Assembly (NCBI GenBank): GCA_019661785.1 | Contig: JAIFWP010000002.1 | Location: 161,869 to 225,868 of the forward strand | Reading direction: 5' to 3' | Length of the DNA stretch: 64,000 nt | From: Candidatus Parcubacteria bacterium | GTDB lineage: Bacteria > Patescibacteriota > Minisyncoccia > Phycocordibacterales > Zambryskibacteraceae | Shown here: positions 39,033 through 48,730 of the stretch, one piece after another | Position numbering within the stretch: position 1 is the first letter of the stretch | How the letters are laid out: each line of letters opens with the position of its first letter | Position numbers and translations under genes: made by a program | The notes under the pieces: model-generated | Seen by the model: only the letters and a program-made list of their open reading frames with translations | The model's database searches: none | What the model was told of the DNA's origin: nothing

Positions 39033-39776
39033 CTAGGCCTTAATTTTTGAGAAGAGCCAAGAGCCTATGGCGAGGAAGATGAGAGAGACTACGATGAGCA
39101 CGCTCCAGTCAGTGGCATAGGAGAAGTGATGCGTGTTCACGAGGAGTCCGCGCAAGCCGTCGACGGCGTAGGTCATCGGATTCACATGCACTATATAACC
39201 GAGCACTTTCGGCAACCCTTCAACAGGGAACATGGAGCCAGAAAGGAAGAACATCGGCGTGACGATGAACTGCATGACTATAGGGAAGCCTTGCATGTCG
39301 TCTAGCACAGACGCGATGCCTGTACCTAGCGAGGTGAAGAGGATGGCCATGATGAATATGAATACCACTGCCAAGATAAGGTGCGACGTCTCAGGCCGGA
39401 AGCCGAAGATCATGGCCAAAATGATGACGAGGAGTCCTTGGACAGTAGCTACCGTAGCGCCGCCGAGAGTACGGCCGAGCATGATGTTCAAACGCGAGAC
39501 CGGCGCGACAAGCGTCTCCTTAAGGAAGCCAAACTGCTTGTCCCAGATGACTTCAATACCTCCGAAGATGGAGGTGAAGAGGATGGTCATGGCGACAACG
39601 CCAGGGGAGAGGAACTGGAGATAGTTGCCCTGTCCGGCTTGTTTGAATATCGATCCGAAGCCATATCCGAGAGCGAGGAGGTAGAAGAGAGGCTGGCCCA
39701 AGGCGCCCACTATTCTAGAGCGGCTCCTTAGGAACTTCTTCACCTGTCTCTGCCAGAGTATGTATATAGTGTTCAT
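39033..39776 (-). CDS. ABC-2 type exporter permease (DrrB/NodJ-like)
   Basis: DKQFGFLKETLVAPVSR, FFLSGSMFP, NPMTYAVDGLR. Confidence 0.9.
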   Translation of the reverse strand: MNTIYILWQRQVKKFLRSRSRIVGALGQPLFYLLALGYGFGSIFKQAGQGNYLQFLSPGVVAMTILFTSIFGGIEVIWDKQFGFLKETLVAPVSRLNIMLGRTLGGATVATVQGLLVIILAMIFGFRPETSHLILAVVFIFIMAILFTSLGTGIASVLDDMQGFPIVMQFIVTPMFFLSGSMFPVEGLPKVLGYIVHVNPMTYAVDGLRGLLVNTHHFSYATDWSVLIVVSLIFLAIGSWLFSKIKA

Positions 39777-39829
39777 GCTATTTTTGATTACTCACAAGTT
39801 CGTAATTGTTAGTGTAGTGAGTTTACGAA

Positions 39830-40618
39830 CTACCTTTTACCGCCGCCCCACATCTTGGCCATGTCGCGCATCTGTCCCTCGCCGCCCTCCTCGCGCACGC
39901 TGTGGCCAGTGAGCTTGAGGAAAGCCTCTTCGAGCGAGTTAGTATCAGTCTGCTTCTTAAGCTCTTCGAACGAGCCCTCGGCCACGATAGTGCCATGGTC
40001 GATGATGGCTATCCTCTGCGCCATTTGCTCGGCCTCGTTCATGTAGTGAGTGGTGAGGAAGACGGTGATACCCTCCTTCTTGTTCAGGTCTTTGATATAA
40101 GTCCAAAGAAGATTCCTGGTCTGGGGGTCAAGGCCAAGCGTAGGCTCGTCGAGGAACAGTACCTTAGGATGATGCAAGAGTCCGCGCGCTATCTCGAGAC
40201 GGCGCTTCATCCCGCCGGAGAAGTCCTTCACCAGGTCGCCTCTGCGGTCGTAGAGCTCAACGAGCTTCATAAGCTCTTCTATGCGAGGACGGTAGAGCTC
40301 CTTCTTTAAGCCATAGAGCACAGCGTGTATCTCCATATTCTCGTATGCGGTGAGGTCGCTGTCGAGGGATGGATCTTGGAAGACGATACCAAAAGACTTG
40401 CGTACCTCATCTGGATTCTCTCTAGGGTCGAAGCCGTTCAGCATGACGGAGCCACCAGTAGGGTCGAGGAGAGTAGTAAGCATCTTGATGGTCGTGGTCT
40501 TGCCAGCCCCGTTTGGGCCAAGGAAGGCGAATATCTGCCCCTGAGGCACGTTGAAGGACACATGTTTTACCACCTCACGGTCACCGAAGGTCTTGGACAG
40601 TTGTTTGGCTTCTATCAT
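39830..40618 (-). CDS. ABC exporter ATP-binding protein (DrrA/NodI-like)
   Basis: GPNGAGKTT, FSGGMKRRLEIA, LDEPT, TTHYM. Confidence 0.92.
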   Translation of the reverse strand: MIEAKQLSKTFGDREVVKHVSFNVPQGQIFAFLGPNGAGKTTTIKMLTTLLDPTGGSVMLNGFDPRENPDEVRKSFGIVFQDPSLDSDLTAYENMEIHAVLYGLKKELYRPRIEELMKLVELYDRRGDLVKDFSGGMKRRLEIARGLLHHPKVLFLDEPTLGLDPQTRNLLWTYIKDLNKKEGITVFLTTHYMNEAEQMAQRIAIIDHGTIVAEGSFEELKKQTDTNSLEEAFLKLTGHSVREEGGEGQMRDMAKMWGGGKR

Positions 40619-40682
40619 AGGGACAAGTTATAATACGCTGTATTAACAGGTGTCTTACAGGCAACAACTTAACATTTAATAC

Positions 40683-41153
40683 ATGAATAACAAAGTAGTA
40701 GCTCTTATTGCGATAGCTGTGGTCATAGTTGTCGGTTGGCTCGTCTATAGGCACAACGGCTCAAGTGTGAATTTGGACAGCGGACTGACTCTGCCTTATG
40801 GCTCGACAGACAACGGCTCTCCGGCTGCTTCAGCGCCGGCTGACAACACTCCCGTCTCGACTACTCCAGCTGCGGGAACGGTCAAGGAGTTCACAGTGAA
40901 CGGAGGAGGCTACTACTTCGCTCCTAAAACTATTACGGTAAATAAGGGGGATACTGTGAAGATTAACTTTGTGAACGCCGGAGGCATGCACGACTGGGTC
41001 TTAGATGCATTCAATGCTAAAACGCCGGTGATCCAGAGTGGACAAACGGCGTCGGTGACCTTCGTAGCAGATAAGACAGGGACCTTCGAGTACTACTGCT
41101 CAGTAGGGAACCACAGGCAGATGGGCATGGTGGGGACTCTCACTGTTAACTAG
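40683..41153 (+). CDS. Membrane-anchored cupredoxin (plastocyanin/azurin-like)
   Basis: MHDW...YYCSVGNHRQMGM type-1 Cu ligands. Confidence 0.88.
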   Translation: MNNKVVALIAIAVVIVVGWLVYRHNGSSVNLDSGLTLPYGSTDNGSPAASAPADNTPVSTTPAAGTVKEFTVNGGGYYFAPKTITVNKGDTVKINFVNAGGMHDWVLDAFNAKTPVIQSGQTASVTFVADKTGTFEYYCSVGNHRQMGMVGTLTVN

Positions 41154-41158
41154 GATAA

Positions 41159-41190
41159 ACAAAAACCCCGCCGAGTGGCGGGGTTTTTGT
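41159..41190. terminator. Bidirectional terminator
   Basis: ACAAAAACCCCGCC-GAGT-GGCGGGGTTTTTGT. Confidence 0.85.
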
Positions 41191-41342
41191 TATCTGATGG
41201 GGTTCTCTCCTCTGATGAGGCGGACGAGTATCATGATAATCGCCACGACGAGGAGGATGTGGATGAATCCGCCAAGCGTGAACGAGGTCACGAGGCCCAA
41301 GAGCCAGAGGATAAGAAGTATGACTGCTATGGTAACAAGCAT
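41190..41342 (-). CDS. lmo0937-family small membrane protein (50 aa, not in ORF track)
   Basis: MLVTIAVILLILWLLGLVTSFTLGGFIHILLVVAIIMILVRLIRGENPIR. Confidence 0.85.
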   Translation of the reverse strand: MLVTIAVILLILWLLGLVTSFTLGGFIHILLVVAIIMILVRLIRGENPIR

Positions 41343-41409
41343 GTTCTATTGTGTTAACGCGCACTTGCTATAAGACACACACGAGTAGACGAGCTATGGC
41401 CGCGGGCCC

Positions 41410-41931
41410 TTACAAAGTCTTGGCGTATTCTCGTATCTCGGCGGCACCGTACTTCTTGAACACATCCTTCACCGCGGCTGGGTTCAATGACTTGGCCGTA
41501 AGCAGTATGCCGCCGCGTCTGACCTTCTCCTCATAAACTCTGGCCTCGACGTCAGGCACTCCAAGCCCCGCCAAAGCTCCTACAAGCCCGCCAGCAGCGA
41601 GACCTGTCATGGCTCCGGCAGCTGTAGTAGCGGCGACGCCAGTGAGCCCTAAGGCCGCGGCGATAGGTCCAGCCACGAAGAGCGAACCAAAGCCGGGCAG
41701 TAGGCCATTGGCTACAGCAAGACCGGCTATGGCGCCCAAGACTGCTCCGGTCGTGGCTCCGCTCGCGGCCCCTTCGCCAGCTTGGTTGCCAACCTCGACA
41801 GTTTCGCCGCCTTCCTCGGCTGTGTATATATAAGATATGTCGGTGTCAGCAATACCAAGAGCGCGGAGCTCGCTTATGGCTGCGTCAGCGTCTGCGCGCT
41901 TTTCAAATATGCCTATTGTTGTAGTGTCCAT
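41410..41931 (-). CDS. General stress protein (17M/YflT-like, glycine zipper)
   Basis: IGIF...GAASGATTGAVLG...VAGPIAAALG...YEEKVRRGGIL; start ATG 41931. Confidence 0.8.
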   Translation of the reverse strand: MDTTTIGIFEKRADADAAISELRALGIADTDISYIYTAEEGGETVEVGNQAGEGAASGATTGAVLGAIAGLAVANGLLPGFGSLFVAGPIAAALGLTGVAATTAAGAMTGLAAGGLVGALAGLGVPDVEARVYEEKVRRGGILLTAKSLNPAAVKDVFKKYGAAEIREYAKTL

Positions 41932-41984
41932 AGCCACGAAGACGTCGCGGCGCGGCTAACATTACTGGAAAATTACTTGTGAAT

Positions 41985-42590
41985 TTATCCCAGGACCTTG
42001 TGCGCCAAACCCATCTGCACTGCTTCGTCAGCAGTGAGTATGGTATTTTTGCGCATCATCTCGAGCACTCGCTCAGGGGTGTAGCGTCCGTTAGTTGCAT
42101 CAGAGACGACACAGGCATACTGGTAGTCCTTGAGGTTGTCCTCCTTCAACATGGCCTCCATGTCCTCTACGGTGAAGCGTTTCTCTGTGCCGAAGGTGCG
42201 TCCAGCCATGTGGAAGAGGAGAGTAGTGTTCTGCGTGATGTAGCGCCTTTGCCCAGCGAGGAAGACGATAATGCCCGATGAGTCTACATCGCCGGAGCCT
42301 ATAGTCACGAGGTTTGGCTTGAGCCACGTGCGCATAGCATCGTAGAAGCTCATGCCTATGCCCGAGGCTCCTCCAAAGGAGTTCACCATGAGGTGTATCT
42401 CATCTTTGGGGCTCTCTATGAGCATGCGCTTGACCTCGTTCATGACGCTGTCGAGGTTCTGATAATTGACGCCGCCGAGCCAAGAAATAGTCCGCTCTGG
42501 TCGAGCGGAGAAGGGGGCTGCTTTGCTTCGGCTTCTGGTCTGGTTAGTAATGGTCGCGCTTGTTGTATTTATTGTATTTTTTGAATCCAC
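41985..42590 (-). CDS. Divergent ClpP-family protease subunit
   Basis: IHLMVNSFGG, VDSSG, LLFH, LTADEAVQMGL. Confidence 0.8.
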   Translation of the reverse strand: MDSKNTINTTSATITNQTRSRSKAAPFSARPERTISWLGGVNYQNLDSVMNEVKRMLIESPKDEIHLMVNSFGGASGIGMSFYDAMRTWLKPNLVTIGSGDVDSSGIIVFLAGQRRYITQNTTLLFHMAGRTFGTEKRFTVEDMEAMLKEDNLKDYQYACVVSDATNGRYTPERVLEMMRKNTILTADEAVQMGLAHKVLG

Positions 42591-42686
42591 TTTTTTGTAT
42601 TAAATTTTCTTAACCCACATCCTATATATTTACTACACAACATGCAAGCTCATCAGTAAAGAGTTGTGTGGATAACTATTGGATAT

Positions 42687-42716
42687 GCAAAAACTCCCGG
42701 AGACGGGAGTTTTTGC
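42687..42716. terminator. Terminator hairpin
   Basis: GCAAAAACTCCCG-GAGA-CGGGAGTTTTTGC. Confidence 0.8.
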
Positions 42717-42735
42717 TAGGATGCGCTCTCGATCA

Positions 42736-42948
42736 TTACATGTTGTTGCTGCCACCCTGATTGCCGCCCTGGTTGTTGCCGCGTGCCTGGCCGCCCTTGC
42801 GTCCAGCCTCACGTGCTTCCTCAGAGTCGAACTCATGAGCGGTACCCTTCTCGTGAGCGGCCTTGCCACCCTTCGAAGCGATCTCGCGCTGCTTGTCCTC
42901 GTCCATGCCAGCGAATCCGCGTCCGCTGTTGCTGTTGTTGTCTGCCAT
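42736..42948 (-). CDS. KGG-repeat (Con-10/YciG-like) general stress protein
   Basis: RGFAGMDEDKQREIASKGG...HEFDSEEAREAGRKGG. Confidence 0.92.
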   Translation of the reverse strand: MADNNSNSGRGFAGMDEDKQREIASKGGKAAHEKGTAHEFDSEEAREAGRKGGQARGNNQGGNQGGSNNM

Positions 42949-43045
42949 GTTAGTGAAATTAAAATCTAATTGCTGTTAATCTCGACCCTGCACGGAAAGA
43001 CGACGAGCTATAATCGACCTTACATTTTCTTATGGTGTAATTAAC

Positions 43046-43651
43046 TTACAGAGATTTTATATCTGAAACTAATTCTGGGAATTCTTTTTGATTGAAATGT
43101 CCTTTGTCTTTGAAAGTTCTCACAACTGCGTTTGGTATGGCTTTTGCATATTTAGCAATGTCTTTGAACGGCACCTGTTTGTCATCCTTGCTGTGATATA
43201 GGAATATCTTCCCGCCTTGTTCTTCCAGCAGCTTCAAACTTGGCGGGAGATTGAAATCAACTAGCTCATAATCCGCATCCTCTTCATCAAACGGTGCGGC
43301 AATTAGGAAAGTGCCATGTATGCGCTTGGCGAGCTTGTTCTCCGATAGATACTTGGCCAAGAATATACCGCCAAGTGAGTGTCCAACCAAGATAATCTCT
43401 TGGTCTAGAAGCGGCAGAAGCTTTTCGAACCAGATCCTCCACTCTTCATATCTGGCATTGAACTTGTTCGGCATCTCTGGACGGATGACCTTGTACTCGT
43501 CACCAAGGCTAGATTCTAAAGAGTCTTTCCAACCCTGCTTCATAAAGTACTCTAAGCTGTCTACGACAAACTCTTTGAGCGAAGCTATGTATGCCTCGTA
43601 GGTGCCATAGTTGTCTCCTCCGTGTATGACTACGACCTGCTTCTTCATCAC
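43046..43651 (-). CDS. RBBP9/YdeN-like alpha/beta hydrolase
   Basis: VIHGG, VGHSLGG, HSKDD, GHF. Confidence 0.85.
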   Translation of the reverse strand: MMKKQVVVIHGGDNYGTYEAYIASLKEFVVDSLEYFMKQGWKDSLESSLGDEYKVIRPEMPNKFNARYEEWRIWFEKLLPLLDQEIILVGHSLGGIFLAKYLSENKLAKRIHGTFLIAAPFDEEDADYELVDFNLPPSLKLLEEQGGKIFLYHSKDDKQVPFKDIAKYAKAIPNAVVRTFKDKGHFNQKEFPELVSDIKSL

Positions 43652-43905
43652 CTCAGATAAAGGTATAAACCGGAGGCTATTATGATTTGAATGATAATCG
43701 CGACAAAAAGCTTTGAGGAGCTCTTAATGGAAGGGCCGTATAGATACGCCGCTAACGATATGGCATATAGGACTATTGCGAATCCTAAAACGATGAGCAA
43801 ATTTGGCCCTTCGGGGTCGTTAAAGAGCGCGAGCATTACTCTAGAGCATACGATAGCTGTTATGCCTAGGATTAGTAATGAAGTCTTATTTGAATGCAGA
43901 TGCAT
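43648..43905 (-). CDS. Small membrane protein
   Basis: Three hydrophobic segments, FNDPEGPNLL. Confidence 0.65.
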   Translation of the reverse strand: MHLHSNKTSLLILGITAIVCSRVMLALFNDPEGPNLLIVLGFAIVLYAISLAAYLYGPSIKSSSKLFVAIIIQIIIASGLYLYLR

Positions 43906-43906
43906 G

Positions 43907-44083
43907 CTAGCTAGCTTTATGGAACTTCTTGCCTATGTAGTATGGCCAGATGATGATGGCGAGCACTCCTCTCCAGAAGGTGAGTCGAAGATATCCGATA
44001 GTGAATAGCCATCCAATAGTCCACAGTGGCCCTAAGCCGTTTCCAGTAACAATAACATTATGAAATTTATCTATGTTTTGCAT
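43907..44083 (-). CDS. Small membrane protein (58 aa, not in ORF track)
   Basis: MQNIDKFHN...LWTIGWLFTIGYLRLTFWRGVLAIIIWPYYIG; TATAAT 6 nt before ATG. Confidence 0.65.
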   Translation of the reverse strand: MQNIDKFHNVIVTGNGLGPLWTIGWLFTIGYLRLTFWRGVLAIIIWPYYIGKKFHKAS

Positions 44084-44299
44084 GTGTAGATTATAGCACT
44101 GACAATGAGAGGTTAAACAGTGATAAGTAGGAACAGAACGAGGAGAAGAATGCCTGGAACCATTTATCTGTGCACAAAATTATTGCGTAATATTGCTCTG
44201 ATAAATGATAGAATGTTGTCATAAGTACCATTATTAAATTAACTACCAACATATTTGTATTGGACAAAAGACAATATAAAAACTTTGGCCAATATATTT

Positions 44300-46636
44300 A
44301 TGAATAAAGTAAAATCGGCAGCATCGGCGCTTGTCATTATCAGCATGTTCATGGGAAGTGCTCTCCCCGCATTTGCCCAGCTCGGCGGTGTCACCTCTCC
44401 GCCTGTTGAAGCGCCCTCTGCTCCCGTACCCGAGCCTGCACCAGCACCTGTAGTAGAACCGTCAGCGCCACCTGCTCCCGAAGTCGAAGGTGTGGAACCA
44501 GAAGTGCAGACAACTGTTGAAACAGGCACTCAAACAGTTACGGAAACTGTCACGCAAATAGTTGCCGCAGATACTACCGCGCCGGTCATTTCCGGAGTTG
44601 CCGATCTTTCGCTTGGCTTGAGCGAAGCCACGATCGTCTGGACTACGGACGAACTCGCTACTTCTCGTCTTGAGTACGGAACAACGGAGAGTTACGGATC
44701 ACAAGCCACTCTCGATGATACAGCCCTCTTGGCGCACACCGCGATCATTCTTGGCCTTGCACCGAATACGACATACTACTACTGTATTCATGCGACAGAC
44801 CTTTCTCACAACACCAGGAATTCATGCGGGCATTCTTTCAGGACATCGGCAGCTCAAATCATTGAAGACACCACACCGCCGGATGTGACACTCATAACGG
44901 TTGCGCCAATCACGACGACTGGAGCAACGATCAATTTCACCACGGACCAAATTGGCAATACCCGAGTTGAATACGGCACGACGGCTGGCTATGGAGAAAC
45001 GACAGCTCTCAATACAACTTTCGCAATCAATCACAGCGTCACCCTTTCCAACCTTACATCAAACACTCTCTATCACTACCGCATAATCACGAGTGACGAA
45101 ATCGGCAATGAGACCATCACCTCAGACGAGACATTTACCACTGATAGCTTGGTGGACGTTAATGCCGGCGCCACCGTTCCTGAATCGTTAAATGCTGGTG
45201 CAGGAGATACAGGAATCAGCGCATCGGTAGTTATTTCCGCTGTCGATGCGGTTTCTCTGTCTACTGGAAGCGCCACGATCACCTGGCACACCAATCTTCC
45301 TTCGGATTCTCAGATCGAATATGGCGACAGTGAGAATTTCGGATCATTAAGCATTTTAAGTACTGCTCTTACCACTTCTCATTCAGTCACCTTGAACGGC
45401 TTGGCTCAAAACACCAACTACATCTTCCGAGTCAAATCAAAACCGCTTGGAGCATCGGTTGCTACTGTGTCTCAAAACTATGAGTTCGATACGCTCAATC
45501 ATTCCATCCCAGTCGTGGCACCAGCAAACATCATTTCGGTTTCTTCGGGATCGGTAACAAATACTGGAGCGACTATAAATTGGACGACAGACAAGGGAGC
45601 AACATCGCAAGTGGAGTACGGCACTGATACCGCCTACGAATTTTCGAGTACGAATACCGAAACTCTTCTCACTTCTCACTCAGTTGCTTTGAGTAGTCTC
45701 AATTCAGGCACAGCGTATCACTATCGAGTGAAATCTGTTGATGAAGCGGGAAACATTACTTTTTCCGAGGACTATACCTTCATCACTACAGGCACCTCTT
45801 CCAATGTTTCAACACCTCCTGCACCAATCATTACGAGTGAAGGAGAAACTCCGATTGTTGATGTAGCAGGCGTTGACGGACAGGTGGTTTTTGAGATTAA
45901 TGAGGGCAATCCGGCTATCAATGAAGATGTTGTCATCGAACGAGACGAGGTTGTCATCTACGAAGGCAACAGCGAGACATTCACTGACACCAACCAGACA
46001 AATGGAGTGACTCATAATTACACTGTCTTTGCCCGTAGCTCTGGTGGAGGTTCATCAAGACCGGTTAACATCTCCATTGCTCCGGTTGCAGGAGTGCGAC
46101 AGGTGAAATTTAATGAAAGCGGCACGCTCTCCTCATCCACTCCAGCCTTCCATTTCGTCAAACAATGGCAGAAGGGCGACACGGATATCGAGATAGAGCA
46201 TTTGCAGGAGATACTCGTAGCGGACAAGGACTCATACCCTGAAAAATATGTTACTGGATATTTCGGTCCGCTCACCGAAGCCGCTCTCAAGCGTTTCCAG
46301 GCAAAGCATGGTCTCCCTCAAACAGGTGCGGTTAATGCTGCGACCCAAGAAAAACTCAATACGGTTTCCCATTCAGAAACTAAGCTCGATATCTCACATG
46401 ATTACGTCGTCTTTGCCACCGACCTAAAGCGTGGCGATCAGGGAGAATCCGTTAAAGATATCCAGCAGTACCTCATCTACGAGGGCAGTTATCAGGAAGC
46501 GATAATCTCAGGTTACTTTGGCAACTTCACTCATAATGCGGTGAAAATATTCCAAACAAAATACAATATTAATCCGGTATCGGGAATCGTTGGCCCAAAG
46601 ACTCGTCACAAGATGCAGCAGTTGGTGGGGTTATAG
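44300..46636 (+). CDS. Secreted protein with four Fn3-like repeats and two peptidoglycan-binding domains
   Basis: Four TI.WTT...S..EYG repeats; C-terminal GYFGPLTEAALKRFQ and GYFGNFTHNAVKIFQ. Confidence 0.85.
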   Translation: MNKVKSAASALVIISMFMGSALPAFAQLGGVTSPPVEAPSAPVPEPAPAPVVEPSAPPAPEVEGVEPEVQTTVETGTQTVTETVTQIVAADTTAPVISGVADLSLGLSEATIVWTTDELATSRLEYGTTESYGSQATLDDTALLAHTAIILGLAPNTTYYYCIHATDLSHNTRNSCGHSFRTSAAQIIEDTTPPDVTLITVAPITTTGATINFTTDQIGNTRVEYGTTAGYGETTALNTTFAINHSVTLSNLTSNTLYHYRIITSDEIGNETITSDETFTTDSLVDVNAGATVPESLNAGAGDTGISASVVISAVDAVSLSTGSATITWHTNLPSDSQIEYGDSENFGSLSILSTALTTSHSVTLNGLAQNTNYIFRVKSKPLGASVATVSQNYEFDTLNHSIPVVAPANIISVSSGSVTNTGATINWTTDKGATSQVEYGTDTAYEFSSTNTETLLTSHSVALSSLNSGTAYHYRVKSVDEAGNITFSEDYTFITTGTSSNVSTPPAPIITSEGETPIVDVAGVDGQVVFEINEGNPAINEDVVIERDEVVIYEGNSETFTDTNQTNGVTHNYTVFARSSGGGSSRPVNISIAPVAGVRQVKFNESGTLSSSTPAFHFVKQWQKGDTDIEIEHLQEILVADKDSYPEKYVTGYFGPLTEAALKRFQAKHGLPQTGAVNAATQEKLNTVSHSETKLDISHDYVVFATDLKRGDQGESVKDIQQYLIYEGSYQEAIISGYFGNFTHNAVKIFQTKYNINPVSGIVGPKTRHKMQQLVGL

Positions 46637-46665
46637 TCAAACCCTCCGTTTCGAAGAGGGTTCGG

Positions 46666-46917
46666 TCACAAATTATTGTTAATGAGATTCAGTTTCTTTT
46701 CACGTCGCCAGCCCTTCAATTCCAACTCTCTTTGCTTCGCTTCTTTCAGAGTTTGGAATATCTCTTTGTATCTTAACTCAACTGGTCTGCGGATCTTCGT
46801 ATAATATGCTCCCCACTTGGAGTCATTGTGTTGATGTAACCTCCTTTCAAGATTATTTGTACACCCTACATATAAGGACTTATCTGCGCATTCGAGAATA
46901 TAGACGAAGAATGACAC
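46666..46917 (-). CDS. Small GIY-YIG nuclease (UPF0213-like)
   Basis: FVYILECADKSLYVGCTNNLERRLHQHN...YT..RRP...RE..LKGW.REKK; GTG start 6 nt after TATTAT. Confidence 0.9.
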   Translation of the reverse strand: MSFFVYILECADKSLYVGCTNNLERRLHQHNDSKWGAYYTKIRRPVELRYKEIFQTLKEAKQRELELKGWRREKKLNLINNNL

Positions 46918-46930
46918 ATTCAAATAATAC

Positions 46931-47012
46931 CACTTCGCTCTACTGAGCTCAGTGCCTTCGTCGACCTTGTGAAATACGGTCGAAGACCCTGAGGAGCACA
47001 AGCGACGAAGGG
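46931..47012. repeat. REP-like imperfect palindrome between tRNA-Gln and GIY-YIG
   Basis: Minus strand CCCTTCG..CTCAGGG-TCTTCGACC...GGTCGA...CACTGAG..CGAAGTG. Confidence 0.5.
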
Positions 47013-47083
47013 CTGCCGATCAGGGACTCGAACCCCAATTAACCGCTCCAGAGGCGGTCGTCCTACCATTAGACGAATCGGCA
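47013..47083 (-). tRNA. tRNA-Gln(CTG)
   Basis: T1:A72, anticodon arm ACCGC-CTCTGGA-GCGGT, GGTTCGAGTCC. Confidence 0.95.
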
Positions 47084-47141
47084 ATACAGGCCAAGAATAG
47101 CTCAAAAGCGAGCTATTTTCAATCTTGATATACTTACTGCT

Positions 47142-47579
47142 ATGAAAACCATAGCCCCAGAGGCACTTGAGTATTTGAAGACACAGAGAGTGGGGACGCT
47201 CGCTGTGGAGATGCTCGATGGGTCGCCGCATGCGGCGACGGTGCACTTTGCCCATACTGAGGAGCCCTTAGCCTTCTATATACAGACGGGTACAGATTGT
47301 CGCAAGAGTGAAGCGCTTTTGAAGAACGGCTCTACCCGAGCAAGTTTCGTCGTTGGCTCAGACGAGAGCAACATGAAGACTCTCCAGCTCGATGGCGTAG
47401 CCAAGGTCGCGAATGAAGGGGAGGAGGACCACTTCATGGAGATCTACTTGGGCAAGTTCCCTTCGAAGGAAGGCAAGGTCAAGGACCCCGAGGCTTTATT
47501 TATAATATTTACCCCTACCTGGTGGCGCTTCACTGACTGGAAGACAGCCGAAGGCAAGAAGATCTGGATTTCAGAATAG
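47142..47579 (+). CDS. Pyridoxamine 5'-phosphate oxidase-like split-barrel protein
   Basis: VGTLA...DGSPHAATVHF...RK...LQLDG. Confidence 0.8.
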   Translation: MKTIAPEALEYLKTQRVGTLAVEMLDGSPHAATVHFAHTEEPLAFYIQTGTDCRKSEALLKNGSTRASFVVGSDESNMKTLQLDGVAKVANEGEEDHFMEIYLGKFPSKEGKVKDPEALFIIFTPTWWRFTDWKTAEGKKIWISE

Positions 47580-47603
47580 CTTCAACACAACGTCGTACTT
47601 GTT

Positions 47604-47801
47604 ATGCCAAGAAAGTACAGTAAAAAGTCACAGCAGAAGGTGGAGAAGGTCATGCACGAGTATAAGGAAGGGAAACTTAAGAGTGGACGAAGCGGCAAGA
47701 AGGTTAAGAGCCGCAAGCAAGCTATAGCCATAGGGCTCTCAGAGGCTCGTCGTGCTGGAGCCAAAATCCCTCCTCCTAAGAAGAAGCCTCGCGCTCGATA
47801 A
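47604..47801 (+). CDS. DUF6496-like small basic protein
   Basis: KVMHEYKEGKLKSG...VKSRKQAIAIGLSEAR. Confidence 0.85.
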   Translation: MPRKYSKKSQQKVEKVMHEYKEGKLKSGRSGKKVKSRKQAIAIGLSEARRAGAKIPPPKKKPRAR

Positions 47802-47803
47802 CT

Positions 47804-48718
47804 TTAATGCGATTTTGTGCTGGCATTAGCTTGTGGTGAGACAGAGGATTCTCCACCGGTATTAACTGCTGTAAGCCAGTAATGGTAGCTAGTGTTGGGT
47901 TTTAGCCCAGTATCGTTTTTGGTTGTCGCAGATATGCCAGAGTAGGTAGGGGTAGCGGGCCTCGTGTTGGTGGTGCTCCTATATATGTTGTAAGTAACAG
48001 CACCGCTCACTGCCTTCCAGCTCAAGTCTATCTCAATCGAAGAGCGGACGGTTAGAGTTGGCGCAGATGGAGTGGCTGGTGCCGTTACGACCAGTGCTGG
48101 CGTCACAGGTTCTGCAACTGTCTGTGCCGTAGAGTCATCTGACGAATTGCTGTCGCTTGCGGGCTGGCTTAGCGAGGAGTCTTCTCCACTCGTATTGGTA
48201 GTGTCGCTGTCTTCCATTAAGAGGGCTTCAGACGTAGTAGCTAAGCCAAGGAGCCTCGACTCCTCAGGAAAGTAGGTATCTCCGAGCCGCATACGGTTTA
48301 TGACAATGGTGAAGATACTCTCAAGAGTCTCTCGGTCTACTACGCCTGTCACCTTGAGCTGGAATCCTTCTTGGAAGACGCTAACCGCGCCTTGCGTAGT
48401 CGGACCGTAGTATCCGGAGACAGACTCTTGGTCGAGGAATTCGATATTAGCTAGGAGCTCTTGAAGGCGCTTCACAGAATCTCCGCTCACGCCGAGTGTC
48501 ATGGGCTTTGGCAAGGGCACTAGAATCTCTAACTTATCGCGCTCAAGCCCCGCACGCAGGTCGGTTATCTTGTAGTGAAGGCTGGTTGAAAGCTCCTCGG
48601 CTGTGGAGGGGCCAGGATCTTCCGTAGGGACATCGGCAGGCGATGGCACAGTCAAACCAAGGAATGCTGTCGCGCTAAGCGCAATCGAAGCTGCCCATTT
48701 GCCGAGCAGGGAGAGCAT
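47804..48718 (-). CDS. Secreted peptidoglycan-binding + Fn3 protein
   Basis: GVSGDSVKRLQ...GYYGPTTQGAVSVFQ; C-terminal Fn3 (LSW...YNIYRS...LKPNTSYHY). Confidence 0.8.
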   Translation of the reverse strand: MLSLLGKWAASIALSATAFLGLTVPSPADVPTEDPGPSTAEELSTSLHYKITDLRAGLERDKLEILVPLPKPMTLGVSGDSVKRLQELLANIEFLDQESVSGYYGPTTQGAVSVFQEGFQLKVTGVVDRETLESIFTIVINRMRLGDTYFPEESRLLGLATTSEALLMEDSDTTNTSGEDSSLSQPASDSNSSDDSTAQTVAEPVTPALVVTAPATPSAPTLTVRSSIEIDLSWKAVSGAVTYNIYRSTTNTRPATPTYSGISATTKNDTGLKPNTSYHYWLTAVNTGGESSVSPQANASTKSH

Positions 48719-48730
48719 CGGCGGGAGAAT

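Noticed and set aside
42667-42675. Perfect DnaA box (TTATCCACA, minus strand) and a near-match at about 5146
   Set aside because: Isolated boxes with no cluster and no dnaA/dnaN nearby are not enough to call oriC.
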